Below are positions 41,901 to 49,900 of a DNA stretch of 64,000 nt, in pieces. The position numbers and the translations under genes are program-made. The stretch lies in the NCBI GenBank assembly GCA_977020255.1, contig CDROCS010000091.1:124001-188000 (forward strand), in the 5' to 3' direction. Source of the DNA: Obrimoposthia wandeli (Eukaryota). The notes under the pieces are model-generated. The model was not told the origin of the DNA. It saw nothing but the letters and a program-made list of their open reading frames with translations, and did not search any database. Position 1 is the stretch's first letter; every line of letters begins with the position of its first letter.

Positions 41901-42916
41901 AAATCAGCCAGTTCAAGAAGATCTTCCATTGTGTAAAGCATAAAATAAACATAAAACTAATTTTAAAACCTTTTGACGTCTGAAACCTCAGCCCTCGGCA
42001 GCATAAATTAATAATGAATAAATGAAATCACCAAAACGGAACGAAGGGTTGTCATAAATATCGAAAAAGCCGTCAGTTGTAATTTTATGGCGATTTCAGT
42101 GCTGAGTCCATCAGTTAAGACTTAAGCGAGAAGATAATTGCTGCAATTTCTGAGCAAACAGAGACAGAAAATCCGTTTCAGTTAATTATTTGAGTTAATT
42201 GAAATTTTAAATTCCACCAGAAATTTCACAACCAAAAGAAACATTTTCATGTAATTTCAGCCAAAAACTTTGATTCTAAAATAAATAATTATTGGGAGCC
42301 TGAGCCTTGCCATCAATATAACACCATCAAATCGGAAACTTTGAGTAGTAAATTGTCTGAATTTTTCAATATTTGAACAGTTTCTCACTGCCAATGCAGA
42401 ACCATCGTCCGCTTGTATGCATACCCTCACAACGCACGATTTGGATTTTGTCCTCTTTGTCCCCATTTCTTCTTAAATTTATTAAATTGCAATCTCAATT
42501 TCTAGAAGTTTGAAACATCACATTATTTACTTTATACTTTATTCGAGCATTTATCGGCAGCCAAAGTAGGTCAAATGTGTTTAGTTCTTCAGTCATCTTT
42601 CAAAAATAATTTCAATTCTTTGTCCTTAATTATTTCTAATCTGTTAAGGTAAAATAGCAGTAAAAATGTAGGTCACACCAGCTGCCAGCTAGAAATGTAG
42701 GTCACTACTTACCTTCTCTCCGGCCTTCTCCAGTTCAGCCTTACCCGTCTCTACAGCTCCCGCCTCTTTCTGCTTGATGAGAACCACTCCGTAGTCGAAG
42801 TGATTGGCTGCATTTGCATCTGGACCTTGGGCAGCCTGACGCAGATAGCCTATGGCTCCCCCGAGATTGCGCCTGACGCCATTGCTGCCCCAGTACAACA
42901 TCCGACCCAGCTTCTC
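2794..42916 (-). CDS. SEL1L3: SEL1L3-like SEL1-repeat membrane protein, 3' part (10 exons, 420 aa + stop); 5' exons outside the window
   Basis: Exons 42713-42916, 40971-41141, 38558-38685, 31730-31813, 25408-25498, 22094-22187, 21153-21265, 20723-20871, 3156-3258 and 2794-2919 all have AG/GT boundaries. Their phases are compatible and they total 1263 nt (421 codons). The spliced protein has SEL1 repeats (ALAYYEKAAALGNADARYNLGVYY), then LYKKCEALSKKEEYIACRLA and a hydrophobic tail, collinear with the C-terminus of vertebrate SEL1L3 as I recall it. Confidence 0.85.
2950..3093. other. Assembly gap (144 N)
   Basis: Run of n. Confidence 0.99.
3156..3258 (-). CDS. SEL1L3: SEL1L3-like penultimate exon (CEALSKKEEYIACRLAIQRLQLEGFWKEFKWIIQ)
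   Basis: ctttcag acceptor, gttaga donor, 103 nt, phase 2/0. Confidence 0.82.
4796..6270 (-). pseudogene. Protein-primed family B DNA polymerase (pPolB) fragments, copy A
   Basis: GPACNECNL...VFHNLRGYDLHHI, GKGIFPY, YIDVNNLYGWALDQPLP (motif A) and YGKTVEN...LDRPNYIGQAV (motif B region), in different frames. Confidence 0.88.
6533..6973 (-). pseudogene. Polinton major capsid protein, N-terminal part (truncated)
   Basis: VKSELCIFD...IEFIIHASEEDYLDLNNTLLNIKLKVV...YTHKAIFDTLLNF matches the N-terminal pattern of Polinton MCP. Confidence 0.82.
7092..7370 (-). CDS. Putative Polinton core/virion protein (QxGxG motif)
   Basis: ELPYFIGKQYGSGG followed by a Lys/Ala-rich helix; lies between penton and MCP. 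Confidence 0.55.
   Translation of the reverse strand: MNTSIINFYRKSIQVGELPYFIGKQYGSGGFQTISRLAIQFIKKTGLSAATSVANALGETIGTTLTNPKNLISSLKENTVKEVKTLIPKFKK
7371..8363 (-). pseudogene. Polinton minor capsid protein (penton)
   Basis: N-terminal YIILPSNSCPSTQPNNTANQFTV...LDGEWEVAL near 8.3 kb. C-terminal MYIYTSLTDSVLVG...IEVNILDDSGNLIPF...SLTFHLRK in ORF 7371-7697. The middle is disrupted. Confidence 0.8.
8365..9389 (-). pseudogene. Polinton retroviral-type (RVE) integrase with chromodomain-like tail, copy A
   Basis: WQMDLMEM...KYILTCIDVFSRFA, QTDEGKEF, VVERFNRTLRER, NWSYEV...KFYKQELQ, YYAKWYGY. Frameshifted. Confidence 0.88.
9562..9830 (-). pseudogene. Putative Polinton core protein, copy A
   Basis: Homologous to 14800-15128 (LPYFK...FP.YVVDDL). 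Confidence 0.55.
9948..10573 (-). pseudogene. A32/FtsK-like packaging ATPase, copy A
   Basis: Walker A-like VVGSSGTRKT, Walker B VIVIDDL, then FKYSRDQTV and HGYLFLNF. Frameshifted. Confidence 0.85.
10655..11084 (-). CDS. Unknown Polinton-associated ORF remnant
   Basis: Overlapping ORFs between the TBP-like and ATPase genes; no motif recognised. Confidence 0.3.
11146..11517 (-). pseudogene. TATA-binding-protein-like gene, Polinton copy A (internal TGA at 11449-11451)
   Basis: MLTNINYKG...YTILIFRNRKCRIMGCK (repeat 1) and IQSITVCENL...SFDPEIFPGLRL...VNIF (repeat 2) resemble both halves of the TBP saddle. Confidence 0.72.
12117..12348. repeat. 47-bp tandem repeat, ~5 copies
   Basis: Unit tgtctcgctctcgtatatatcactaactaccttgggtgatgggcgaa, starting at 12117, 12164, 12211 and onward. 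Confidence 0.95.
12345..12576. repeat. Duplicated ~88-bp block with GC hairpin, plus ~21-bp subrepeats
   Basis: ggatggaaacacccaccgac...cccgccccttcggggcgggctctattctcac occurs twice; 8-bp stem cccgcccc/ggggcggg in the second copy. Confidence 0.85.
12634..12921 (-). CDS. Orphan 95-aa ORF divergent from Polinton copy B TBP-like gene
   Basis: Intact ORF with an acidic N-terminus in AT-rich DNA; no motif recognised. Confidence 0.35.
   Translation of the reverse strand: MHSYQRQLSTMDDSQRVLSDDEEMFEESDKDMYEEVKQYFKYKVRFLKKAQLIALVNPVTIERRKFSYYLSGIQKPDFQYLKQKIEKAVMLGSRV
13138..13649 (+). CDS. TATA-binding-protein-like gene, copy B (exons 13138-13267 and 13303-13649, putative 35-nt intron)
   Basis: Spliced product MKLVNINYKG...FTVVIFPTGNCRVMGCK...IQSITISANLG...FEPEIFPALSYL...VNIFSSGKVMILG. 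TATATAAA lies ~40 nt upstream of the ATG. Confidence 0.75.
13655..13936 (+). CDS. Unknown 93-aa ORF with hydrophobic C-terminus
   Basis: Intact ORF between the TBP-like and ATPase genes. Confidence 0.35.
   Translation: MFQMNNAIKRDNEVDRLADEIFSGKIRGKEILSELKNNDITRDNIEILVRSHVIREFRNRTQINKIIAKYSLINFCISSTIALTLYISIRKLL
13975..14621 (+). pseudogene. Packaging ATPase, copy B
   Basis: DPSGSGKT Walker A, VIIIDDL Walker B, IARHREVTVIFITQNLF, FKNPRD. One frameshift near 14203 and a stop near 14502. Confidence 0.88.
14800..15128 (+). pseudogene. Putative Polinton core protein with NGG|FIGVVIP amphipathic C-terminus
   Basis: Basic protein; a shifted frame ends KHNGGFIGVVIPVVASIISSII, like the xGG-F motif of Polinton and adenovirus-type core proteins. 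Confidence 0.6.
15200..15825 (+). pseudogene. RVE integrase, copy B (3'-truncated)
   Basis: RRRFPTRAY...WQMNLMEM...CIDVFSRFA...QTDLGK, AAVVERFNRTLRDRI. Confidence 0.85.
15895..16680 (+). pseudogene. pPolB C-terminal fragment, copy B
   Basis: YGKTVEN, LDRPNYIGQAVLDFSK, EDTDSFF (motif C), GLFKDE, LSSSDDKRY. Confidence 0.85.
18129..19420 (-). mobile_element. hAT (Charlie/Buster-like) transposase remnant with one terminal repeat
   Basis: Terminus CAGTGTTGCTCAACC at 18129. Fragments: TAKAGAPLGYGEKSINPAM, YQTDIREEML, ISTDGSALMRG, FYLSDHFKFVNESNLQLQG, FPTTWLVES...KRNKTDV. Confidence 0.75.
20723..20871 (-). CDS. SEL1L3: SEL1L3-like exon (AYFNLGYIVEH...QMAITLYK)
   Basis: gatgcag acceptor, gtgagc donor, 149 nt, phase 0/2; continues EPQ|AYFNLG. 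Confidence 0.82.
21153..21265 (-). CDS. SEL1L3: SEL1L3-like exon (LIKMADRSWYGSQLGEDRNISCAVELYIRAAVKLEPQ)
   Basis: gtccag acceptor, gtaaat donor, 113 nt, phase 1/0, SEL1 repeat. Confidence 0.85.
21318..22060. repeat. Low-complexity satellite of shuffled 10-nt units (ctgcaccaca / ctacatcaat)
   Basis: Direct inspection; fills most of the 828-nt intron 21266-22093. Confidence 0.95.
22094..22187 (-). CDS. SEL1L3: SEL1L3-like exon (EIAKRFIGRECQWYHYNASTQLREDSFIHAY)
   Basis: tttaag acceptor, gtgagt donor, 94 nt, phase 0/1. Confidence 0.82.
23480..24270 (+). mobile_element. R2-superfamily (NeSL/Utopia-like) non-LTR retrotransposon 3' remnant with restriction-like endonuclease
   Basis: FNFTLRARLNLL, CLLGCQVPETIGHVLEC (CCHC knuckle), AHHNNVL, then CPDLVGINHTRKCITII (PD..D region). 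Confidence 0.7.
24400..24700 (-). mobile_element. Possible RTE-like LINE 3' fragment
   Basis: LEGAGPGIEKMKRPVTWIW loosely resembles the RTE C-terminal LEG..EGKR..GRP..W motif; weak. Confidence 0.25.
25408..25498 (-). CDS. SEL1L3: SEL1L3-like exon (SLSLFYYLLGAFSGLELAQFNTALLCEEHQ)
   Basis: ccttgcag acceptor, gtaagg donor, 91 nt, phase 2/0. Confidence 0.85.
28550..29181 (-). mobile_element. Tc1/mariner transposon 5' part
   Basis: TA|CAGGGTGGTCC terminus at 29181 (minus strand). HTH SQRQIAKKLGISKTSVFRELR and the first catalytic Asp in KVWFSDEA. Confidence 0.78.
29281..30285. repeat. 71-bp minisatellite, ~14 copies
   Basis: Unit gcctctctcatgttactgccagttgtagacttgcatgtgtactcgggaatgtaacaatctcatctgcaata. 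Confidence 0.97.
31730..31813 (-). CDS. SEL1L3: SEL1L3-like exon (WARFVAEQNPRLGRFLSEGVRAFRRRQ)
   Basis: tttcgcag acceptor, gtgagt donor, 84 nt, phase 2/2; joins both neighbouring exons in frame. Confidence 0.85.
33367..34049. repeat. 61-bp minisatellite, ~11 copies
   Basis: Unit catgttgtcctatatggatagaggggattagatcggacatatccacctacgtgctaaatga. Confidence 0.97.
34215..35968. repeat. 8-bp satellite (gatgtgtt)n, ~220 units
   Basis: Direct inspection; variants gacgtgtt, gacatgtt, gatgtgct. Confidence 0.98.
37130..37790 (-). mobile_element. Tc1/mariner-superfamily transposase remnant
   Basis: LSDESTFRLDGVN, VHVWV, KQDGAP, YKPNTIRDLK across broken frames. Confidence 0.6.
38558..38685 (-). CDS. SEL1L3: SEL1L3-like exon (ILAFRHFEKAATQGQPHSGAMYARYLLTGVGSSVPRNPAVAL)
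   Basis: tttcag acceptor, gtaggt donor, 128 nt, phase 0/2, SEL1 repeat. Confidence 0.85.
38848..39310 (+). mobile_element. Mariner transposase remnant, internally deleted
   Basis: KDEDLEAFLDED and the C-terminal RWKNVVASNGKHFE*, typical of Mos1-like mariners. Confidence 0.65.
40971..41141 (-). CDS. SEL1L3: SEL1L3-like exon (DPRALTALGWLHETKYRNLHQALAYYEKAAALGNADARYNLGVYYHEAPGQVVVKDK)
   Basis: cttacag acceptor, gtcagt donor, 171 nt, phase 0/0, clear SEL1 repeat. Confidence 0.88.
42713..42916 (-). CDS. SEL1L3: SEL1L3-like exon (EKLGRMLYWGSNGVRRNLGGAIGYLRQAAQ...ELEKAGEK)
   Basis: Acceptor catcag at 42917-18 and donor gtaagt at 42712. Encodes a SEL1 repeat. The acceptor choice is slightly uncertain because an alternative cag lies 14 nt upstream. 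Confidence 0.8.
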
Positions 42917-43730
42917 CTGATGCGTCATTTCTGGTCTCAAATATGGGTCAAATACGCTTCATCTGAGACTACAAATACAATTACAAATATTCGGTAGGAA
43001 GCCAGGAAATTTCCATGCATAAAACATGTCTTTCGTGTAGGCGTAATCTCTTTTGATTGTTTTATTGATTAACACAACTGATTTAGAATTTTTCAGCCAG
43101 CTGACAAATTTACCAGGGGTCAATTTTGCTTCAAAAGGGTTCCCCTATCAATAAGAACTGGGATATGAAGTTTGAGAGATTCAAAGGTTCATACAGAACT
43201 GACTAGAAGATGTTCATAAGCAAAGAAGTCACAATGATGAATTGATTAGGAAATAAAGATTTGAGGGAAGACTGATATCTATGAAGATCTCTCTGAGGAA
43301 TCTCTCTATGAAGATTTCTCTTGTGGCAAGATATAACTTTCGTTTTTGAGGGTTTTGCAGTAGGTCTAAACGTGACTTAGATTTCACGAAATGAAAAGAA
43401 GGCCGTGATGTCCTCAGTGTAGGTGTTAGGTTTATGTTAGGTTTGAGAATTAAGAAATTTAAATATTTTAGTCGATTAAATACTAAAATAAAAATCCTTG
43501 AAAGCAAGGTTGAAAATTAAATTAAAATATTAATTTTAGTTTTAAAATTAAAATTAGTGGAATTTAGGGTAAAAATTAGGAGGACCACGAAGGTCGTGTA
43601 TGGTGTGAGGTGTATATAAGTTTAGAGTTAATTAACCAAAAGGGCAAAAAATTAATTAAGGAAAAGTCATTAATTTAAGAAGCTAATTAGTAACGTCAAT
43701 CAAGAGACGTTATTCAGGAAAAACTATTTT

Positions 43731-43912
43731 CAGCTGTCGATTGAGTGACAGATTCCAGTTCGCCCATTTTCAACGAGGTAAGCACATTTTCGTGCAGTAA
43801 GCTAAAATTCATTTTCAGCTGTCAATTGATTGACATTCCTTGCCTCTCCGGTATATTCAGAACTCAATAGTTAGCAGCTGTAAATTGATTGACGTTCATT
43901 GCCTCTATATAA
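43731..43912 (+). promoter_or_regulatory. Putative LTR promoter: three CAGCTG(T)nnATTGAnTGAC motifs and a TATA box
   Basis: CAGCTG at 43731, 43816 and 43875, each followed by attga(g/t)tgac; TATATAA at 43906. Confidence 0.5.
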
Positions 43913-44040
43913 GGCAGATAGGAAAAACACAAATCACAAAACATACGGGATCAACTACGAATCAACTACAGAGTCGACCGGACCACAAATCGGTAAGTAG
44001 TGATTTTGTGTTAGAGGAAAATAATTGATTTAGATAAATT

Positions 44041-44476
44041 ATTCAAAGTCAAAGTGCAAGTGATAAATCCGTGTATTCAAAGTCAAAGTGCAAGTGATAA
44101 ATCCGTGTATTCAAAGTCAAAGTGCAAGTGATAAATCCGTGTATTCAAAGTCAAAGTGCAAGTGATAAATCCGTGTATTCAAAGTCAAAGTGCAAGTGAT
44201 AAATCCGTGTATTCAAAGTCAAAGTGCAAGTGATAAATCCGTGTATTCAAAGTCAAAGTGCAAGTGATAAATCCGTGTATTCAAAGTCAAAGTGCAAGTG
44301 ATAAATCCGTGTATTCAAAGTCAAAGTGCAAGTGATAAATCCGTGTATTCAAAGTCAAAGTGCAAGTGATAAATCCGTGTATTCAAAGTCAAAGTGCAAG
44401 TGATAAATCCGTGTATTCAAAGTCAAAGTGCAAGTGATAAATCCGTGTATTCAAAGTCAAAGTGCAAGTGATAAAT
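44041..44476. repeat. 34-bp perfect tandem array, ~13 copies
   Basis: Unit attcaaagtcaaagtgcaagtgataaatccgtgt, with no spacers. Confidence 0.97.
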
Positions 44477-44565
44477 TTCGAAGACGATTCCGAAAGACCC
44501 TACGGACCCTGCATCGGACGTCCCACTAGTCGCAGTAACTGGTAAGAACACCAACTAAACCATTC

Positions 44566-44999
44566 ATTGCCCCTAGTTGGCAATTAGGATAAATTCATTG
44601 CCCCTTGTTGGCAATTAGGTTGTTTAACATATTTTAAACATATTCATTGCCCCTAGCTGGCAATTAGGATTTCCGACTCTTTAACAAAATCATTGCCCCT
44701 AGTTGGTAATTAAGATCAGCCATTTATTCATTGTCCCCAGCGACAATTAGGAATCATACCCAGACTTTTTGCCCGTAAGATTCATTGTCCCTAGCTGACA
44801 ATTAGGTTCATTCATTGTCCCTAGTTGACAATTCGGATAAATACTCATTGTCCCTAGTTGACAATTCGGTAAGACTCATTGTCCCTAGCTGACAATTCGG
44901 CTCGTTCATTGTCCATAGTTGACAATTAGGAGTAAGTTTTTATTGTCATCTTGACAATTAGGTTTTTAGGAGACCCATTGTTCACAGTGGACAATTCGG
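44566..44999. repeat. Array of 12 short inverted repeats ATTG(C/T)C-N5-7-G(G/A)CAAT
   Basis: For example attgcc-cctagtt-ggcaat, attgtc-cctagct-gacaat and attgtc-atctt-gacaat, separated by variable linkers. Confidence 0.85.
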
Positions 45000-45488
45000 G
45001 TCAAACACACAGCAGATAGAGTTAAGGAACCAAGAAACTTTATCTAGAGATAAGAAGTAGGAGCAAAGAAATTTAAGAGAGTTGCGTTATAGATTAACCA
45101 ACCTAAGTAAGAAGAATAAACCTAAAAGCTTAATCACCTGAACGTAAAATCGATACGTGGTTCATCCCCACTTCTTGTAGAGACTTACAGAAGTCCTTTA
45201 GGAATTTTATCATACTTTTTAGAAATACGTACATAAACGTATTGTTGTGTTAGTTACGTGAATTACAAATAAACAATTTCCTACATTAGAACAAGTTGTT
45301 TTTGCACCCTTCAGACTAAGAGACATCAAATCAAATACCTTCAGATAGTACAAGAGATTAGGCAACCATAACACTAAGTAGGCCACGACCAACTTTAAGA
45401 CCTGCTTCTAATCGAACTCACGTTGGGGCCCTCCGCACATTAAGAGGCTCTATACCAAGTTTCGTATAGAAACCCCAACATATTAAAG

Positions 45489-45506
45489 TGGTGCCCCGAG
45501 TGAGGA
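45489..45506 (+). promoter_or_regulatory. Primer-binding site complementary to elongator tRNA-Met 3' end
   Basis: TGGTGCCCCGAGTGAGGA is the reverse complement of TCCTCACTCGGGGCACCA, one mismatch from the vertebrate elongator tRNA-Met end as I recall it. Confidence 0.8.
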
Positions 45507-45536
45507 TAGCTCGTCGGACACAGCGAATTCACGTAG

Positions 45537-46530
45537 ATAAGTTTCAGATAATTGAGAATAAGTTTCAGGTAAATAGAATAAGTACAGATATTAAGAATAA
45601 GTTACAGATATTAAGAATAAGTTTCAGATATTAAGGATAAGTTTCAGATAATTGAGAATAAGTTTCAGGTAAATAGAATAAGTACAGATATTAAGAATAA
45701 GTTACAGATATTAAGAATAAGTTTCAGATATTAAGAATAAGTTTCAGATATTGAGAATAAGTTTCAGATAAATTGAGAATAAGTTTCAGATAAATTGAGA
45801 ATAAGTTTCAGCAGAAGAATATAGACAATTGAGAATAAGTTTCAGAAGAAGATATAAGTAAATTGAGTTAAGAATTTGATAAGTGTTGAGAAATCGAGTA
45901 GATTTGTTCCTCGAAGTTAAGAATTTGATAAGTGTTGAGAAATCGAGTAGATTTGTTCCTCGAAGTTAAGAATTTGATAAGTGTTGAGAAATCGGGTAGA
46001 TTTGTTCCTCGAAGTTAAGAATTTGATAAGTTTTTGAGAAATCGAGTAGATTTGTTCCTCGAAGTTAAGAATTTGATAAGTGTTAAGAAATCGGGTAGAT
46101 TTGTTCCTCGAAGTTAAGAATTTGATAAGTTTTTGAGAAATCGGGTAGATTTGTTCCTCGAAGTTAAGAATTCGATAGGTTTTGAGAAGCCGAGTGGATT
46201 TGTTCCTCGAGTCAGTAAATTTTATAAGTGAGAATCGAGTGGATTGATACTCGAAGTAATTAATTGAATAAGTTAAGTCGGGAGACTCTGTCCTCGAACT
46301 AATTAAAAAGATAAAATCGTAAATAAATTTGATAAAGTGAGAATCGAGTGGATTGATACTCGAAGTAATTAATTGAATAAGTTAAGTCGGGAGACTCTGT
46401 CCTCGAACTAATTAAAAAGATAAAATCGTAAATAAATTTGATAAAGTGAGAATCGAGTGGATTGATACTCGAAGTAATTAATTGAATAGGTTAAGTCGGG
46501 AGACTCTGTCCTCGAACTAATTAAAGAGAT
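45537..46530. repeat. Leader tandem arrays (~20-bp, 49-bp x ~7, 109-bp x ~3)
   Basis: ataagtttcagata.. units at 45537-45845; 49-bp period from 45867; 109-bp period at 46228, 46337 and 46446. Confidence 0.9.
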
Positions 46531-46903
46531 AAAAAATTGTAAAATAAGAATTGTGAAATAAGATAAAAATAATAAGTATATTGATATCGTAAACGAATAC
46601 ATAATTGATAAGACAACGGATAATAGAAAAGGACCCGCGTTTAATACTAGAAGACAAAGCCAGATTCCCAAGGAAGAGACAAATAATAATAAAGTTAACC
46701 GAATTGAACAAGTTCCCCAAACAGATAACAAAGTAACAAAAAAGACTAGAGTCGAAGAAAACGTATCAGAAAGAGACGTAAATCAATCAGCAGTTTCAAC
46801 CGATAGTTTTGATCTGACTGAGTTATTTGGTGACATAAACCCAGAAGAAATTGATAATCTTGAAGTTCAAAACCCAGAAGAAATTGAAATTGCCAATCCA
46901 GTA

Positions 46904-49900
46904 GTGATTGAAGAAGTTCAAGTAAATAATATTGAAGGAATAGTTGAAGACGATATAGTTGAAGATATGGCTCAACCAGGAGCTCAAGCAGATATTAATG
47001 CAGGAAATCATGTAGGTGACATGAATGCCGAGCAGTTGGCACAAGCTTTAAATGCGACGTTGAGACCCAATTTTTCAGGATCATTGCAGATTACAAAGTT
47101 TAAAGGAGATGAGGAAAGTATTTGTGACTTCCTCGCAGAATATTCGAGTTGTGCAGATGTTCAAGGATGGAACGATAAAGAAAAATGTGTCAGAGTACAG
47201 GCACATTTAACCGGATTAGCACTTGAAGTGTATAAACATTTGACAGAAGCAGAACGTTTAGACTGGCCAACGTTGGAAAATGCTTTTATTGGAAAATTGG
47301 TATTAGGAGATTTAGCCAAAGTAAATAAGCGACTCATGAGAGAACGGAAACAGAAACATGATGAAGGCGTGAATGAATACGCGTATGTTTTGAGAACCTT
47401 GGCCGCAAGAGCGTACCCAAGAAGAATAATGAGAAATCAGGACGGTATTCCTGTACCTCAAGAAGCACAAGCAGCGGAAAATGACCGGAACCAAAATGAA
47501 ATGGCAGAGGTTTTGTTAGATATATTTAGAGGAGGATTGAAAAAGGATATTAAAGTGTTATTAGCAGTATCGGATACAAATGATTTTGATAACGCCGTGC
47601 GAAAGGCGAGAGAGATAGAGAAAAATATAAAAAATAACGCAGCATTGGCAATCTACGCAATGACTGCAGGTGACGACGATAAGACAAAGGTCTTCGTGAA
47701 TAAAACAGAACCGAGTAATTTTCAGAATCGAAATTATGGACAAAATAAGTTTGAAAAAGTAGATGAATCCAGTAACGGAAATAGAGATAATTTCCGAAGT
47801 AGGAATCGAGATGATTCGAGAGGTAGAAATAATAGTGAGTCTTGGAACAGGAATCGAGATGATTCAAGAGGTAGAAATAATAATGATTCGTGGAATAGAA
47901 ATAGAGATGATTCCAGGAATAGATTTAATAGAGATGATTCAGGAAATCGTCAACCTTGGAGAGGAGACGATAGGAATTATAACGCCAACAGAGGAGAGCG
48001 AAGCGACTCTCGATTTGGAAATAATACAGGAAATAGTGACGGAAGATTCAATAATCGAGGAAGCGGTTTTGAATCGAATTTCCGAAGAAATGATTTTAGA
48101 GGACGCTACGATAATAGACAGAATAGTCGTCGAGTACAGTTCGAAGATGAACAAAATAAGATAGATATTCGAGGGAGAATAATGTGTTACACATGTAAAC
48201 AAATGGGTCACTATTCGAGAGATTGTACGAGAAGTAAAGAGTTCGGAGCTAACAGATTTGGAAATAATAATTTCGGTAATAATAATTTTGGAAATAATTA
48301 TAGAGGATATAATTCACCTCCGCCATGGAATAGAGGTGGTGGATATACTCCACAGCCATGGAGACTGAATAATCAGTATACAGATAGACAACAGTCACCA
48401 GGTAGATACAATAACTATGCAGATAGACAGCAAGGAGCTGAGAGATACAATAATTACGTAGGACAGCAAGGAGCTGAGAGATATAATAATTCTGGTAGAT
48501 ATAATAATAATAATGTTGACAAGACAAATAGTCGTGAGAGTTCGCCGAAACCGAAAGGAAATTTTAGTTATGTAAGCGATGACAGTGATAGGAATCGCGA
48601 AACCGAGCTGCGACGCGAAATAGATTTTGAGGATAGTGATAGTAAATTTGAACGAATGTTGGGAATAATTAAAGATTCACCACATACAAAGATGGCAAAT
48701 TCATCTACGTTGTCGAAACAAGAGAAAAGTCTACACTCAAGAGAAGAGATGAATGATTTAATGAATAGAATATTAGAAGCATATGAGACACCAATAGAGA
48801 AAACGTGTAACGCACAACCTATGACTGATCATGTGGAAGCAGCGAGAAATGCTACGAGTATGGAAGATGTAAAAAAGATAATTAGTGAAGCTAAGGAGAC
48901 GTTGAATCAACCGTTAGATGAAACGAGTGAAGCTCCAGAAGTTTTGGCCAAATTGCAAACAATTAAAGTGCACCGATTGGAAGAAGTACGTGCAGAATTG
49001 GTTAAACATAGTCATGATAACTTGGGTTACAAAGAAGTACCCCGAGGATTATTGAAAGGTTATGGTCGTTATGTACAGAGATCAAACCAAAAAGGAACGA
49101 TGAAAATTTCACTTCGATTAATTTCCGGACAGATAATACATGAAAAACTTAACGTGTATCAAACAATGAAAACGATTCGGAAAAAGTTGGCTGAGAAACT
49201 TGAAATTGATGGAATGAATATGTTGTTCCATTATAAAGGAAGATCACTAGATGATGAGGACGTACCAGTCGAGTTTGGATATCCGATAGGAAATGAATTA
49301 GAGGAAAAAATTGATGTCATCACTGTAGGACGTCAAGAGTTAGTAGATAATGAAGGATTAACCGAGATACTGAATTCTGCGTTAGAAATGATAAAAACGC
49401 CTATAGAAATTTTAGACAGTTCAAGTGAAAGCGAAGATAATGATGTAGCTGAAGCTTGGAACAAGACATCCACACCAGAACCGTACGTAACTGAATTACA
49501 AGACATGAATTTAGAAAATGAGTTGACAACTCCAGTGGTCGAGGTACCACCAGAACCAGATATAATTCCAATCAGACAAGATGAAGTCACGGATACAGCT
49601 AACCAAGTGAGACAAAACGAAACCGTAACCCAACTAGTAGGAGAAGACGAAGTCTCCGAGATTGTAGATTTGGATTCACCAATTTGGCATGCCGCATACA
49701 AAGATAGACAAGCAGAGCAAATGATGCGACAAAGTGAAGAGATTGGCCATGAAGAAGGACCAAGTCAAGAGATACAGTATAATGGTGAAACGTATGATCC
49801 AGGAGAGAATCAAACTGAGTATCAGTATTTTCGAAGAGGACCTGGAAGACCTAGAAAAGGCGAAAGTATATTACGAAATGTTCTAACAGCACCACAAACT

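Larger units (their letters stand above)
43200..45480 (+). repeat. Putative 5' LTR (~2 kb)
   Basis: Contains TATATAA (43906), AATAAA (~45268) and internal arrays, and ends in CA 8 nt before the PBS. The start cannot be fixed without the 3' LTR. Confidence 0.6.

Noticed and set aside
44041-44999. CRISPR-like appearance of the 34-bp array and the palindrome array
   Set aside because: The 34-mers have no spacers, the palindrome linkers are short and mutually related, there are no cas genes, and the context is a eukaryotic LTR.
45489-45506. tRNA gene
   Set aside because: Only the 18-nt complement of a tRNA 3' end including CCA is present, which is a PBS; there is no cloverleaf.
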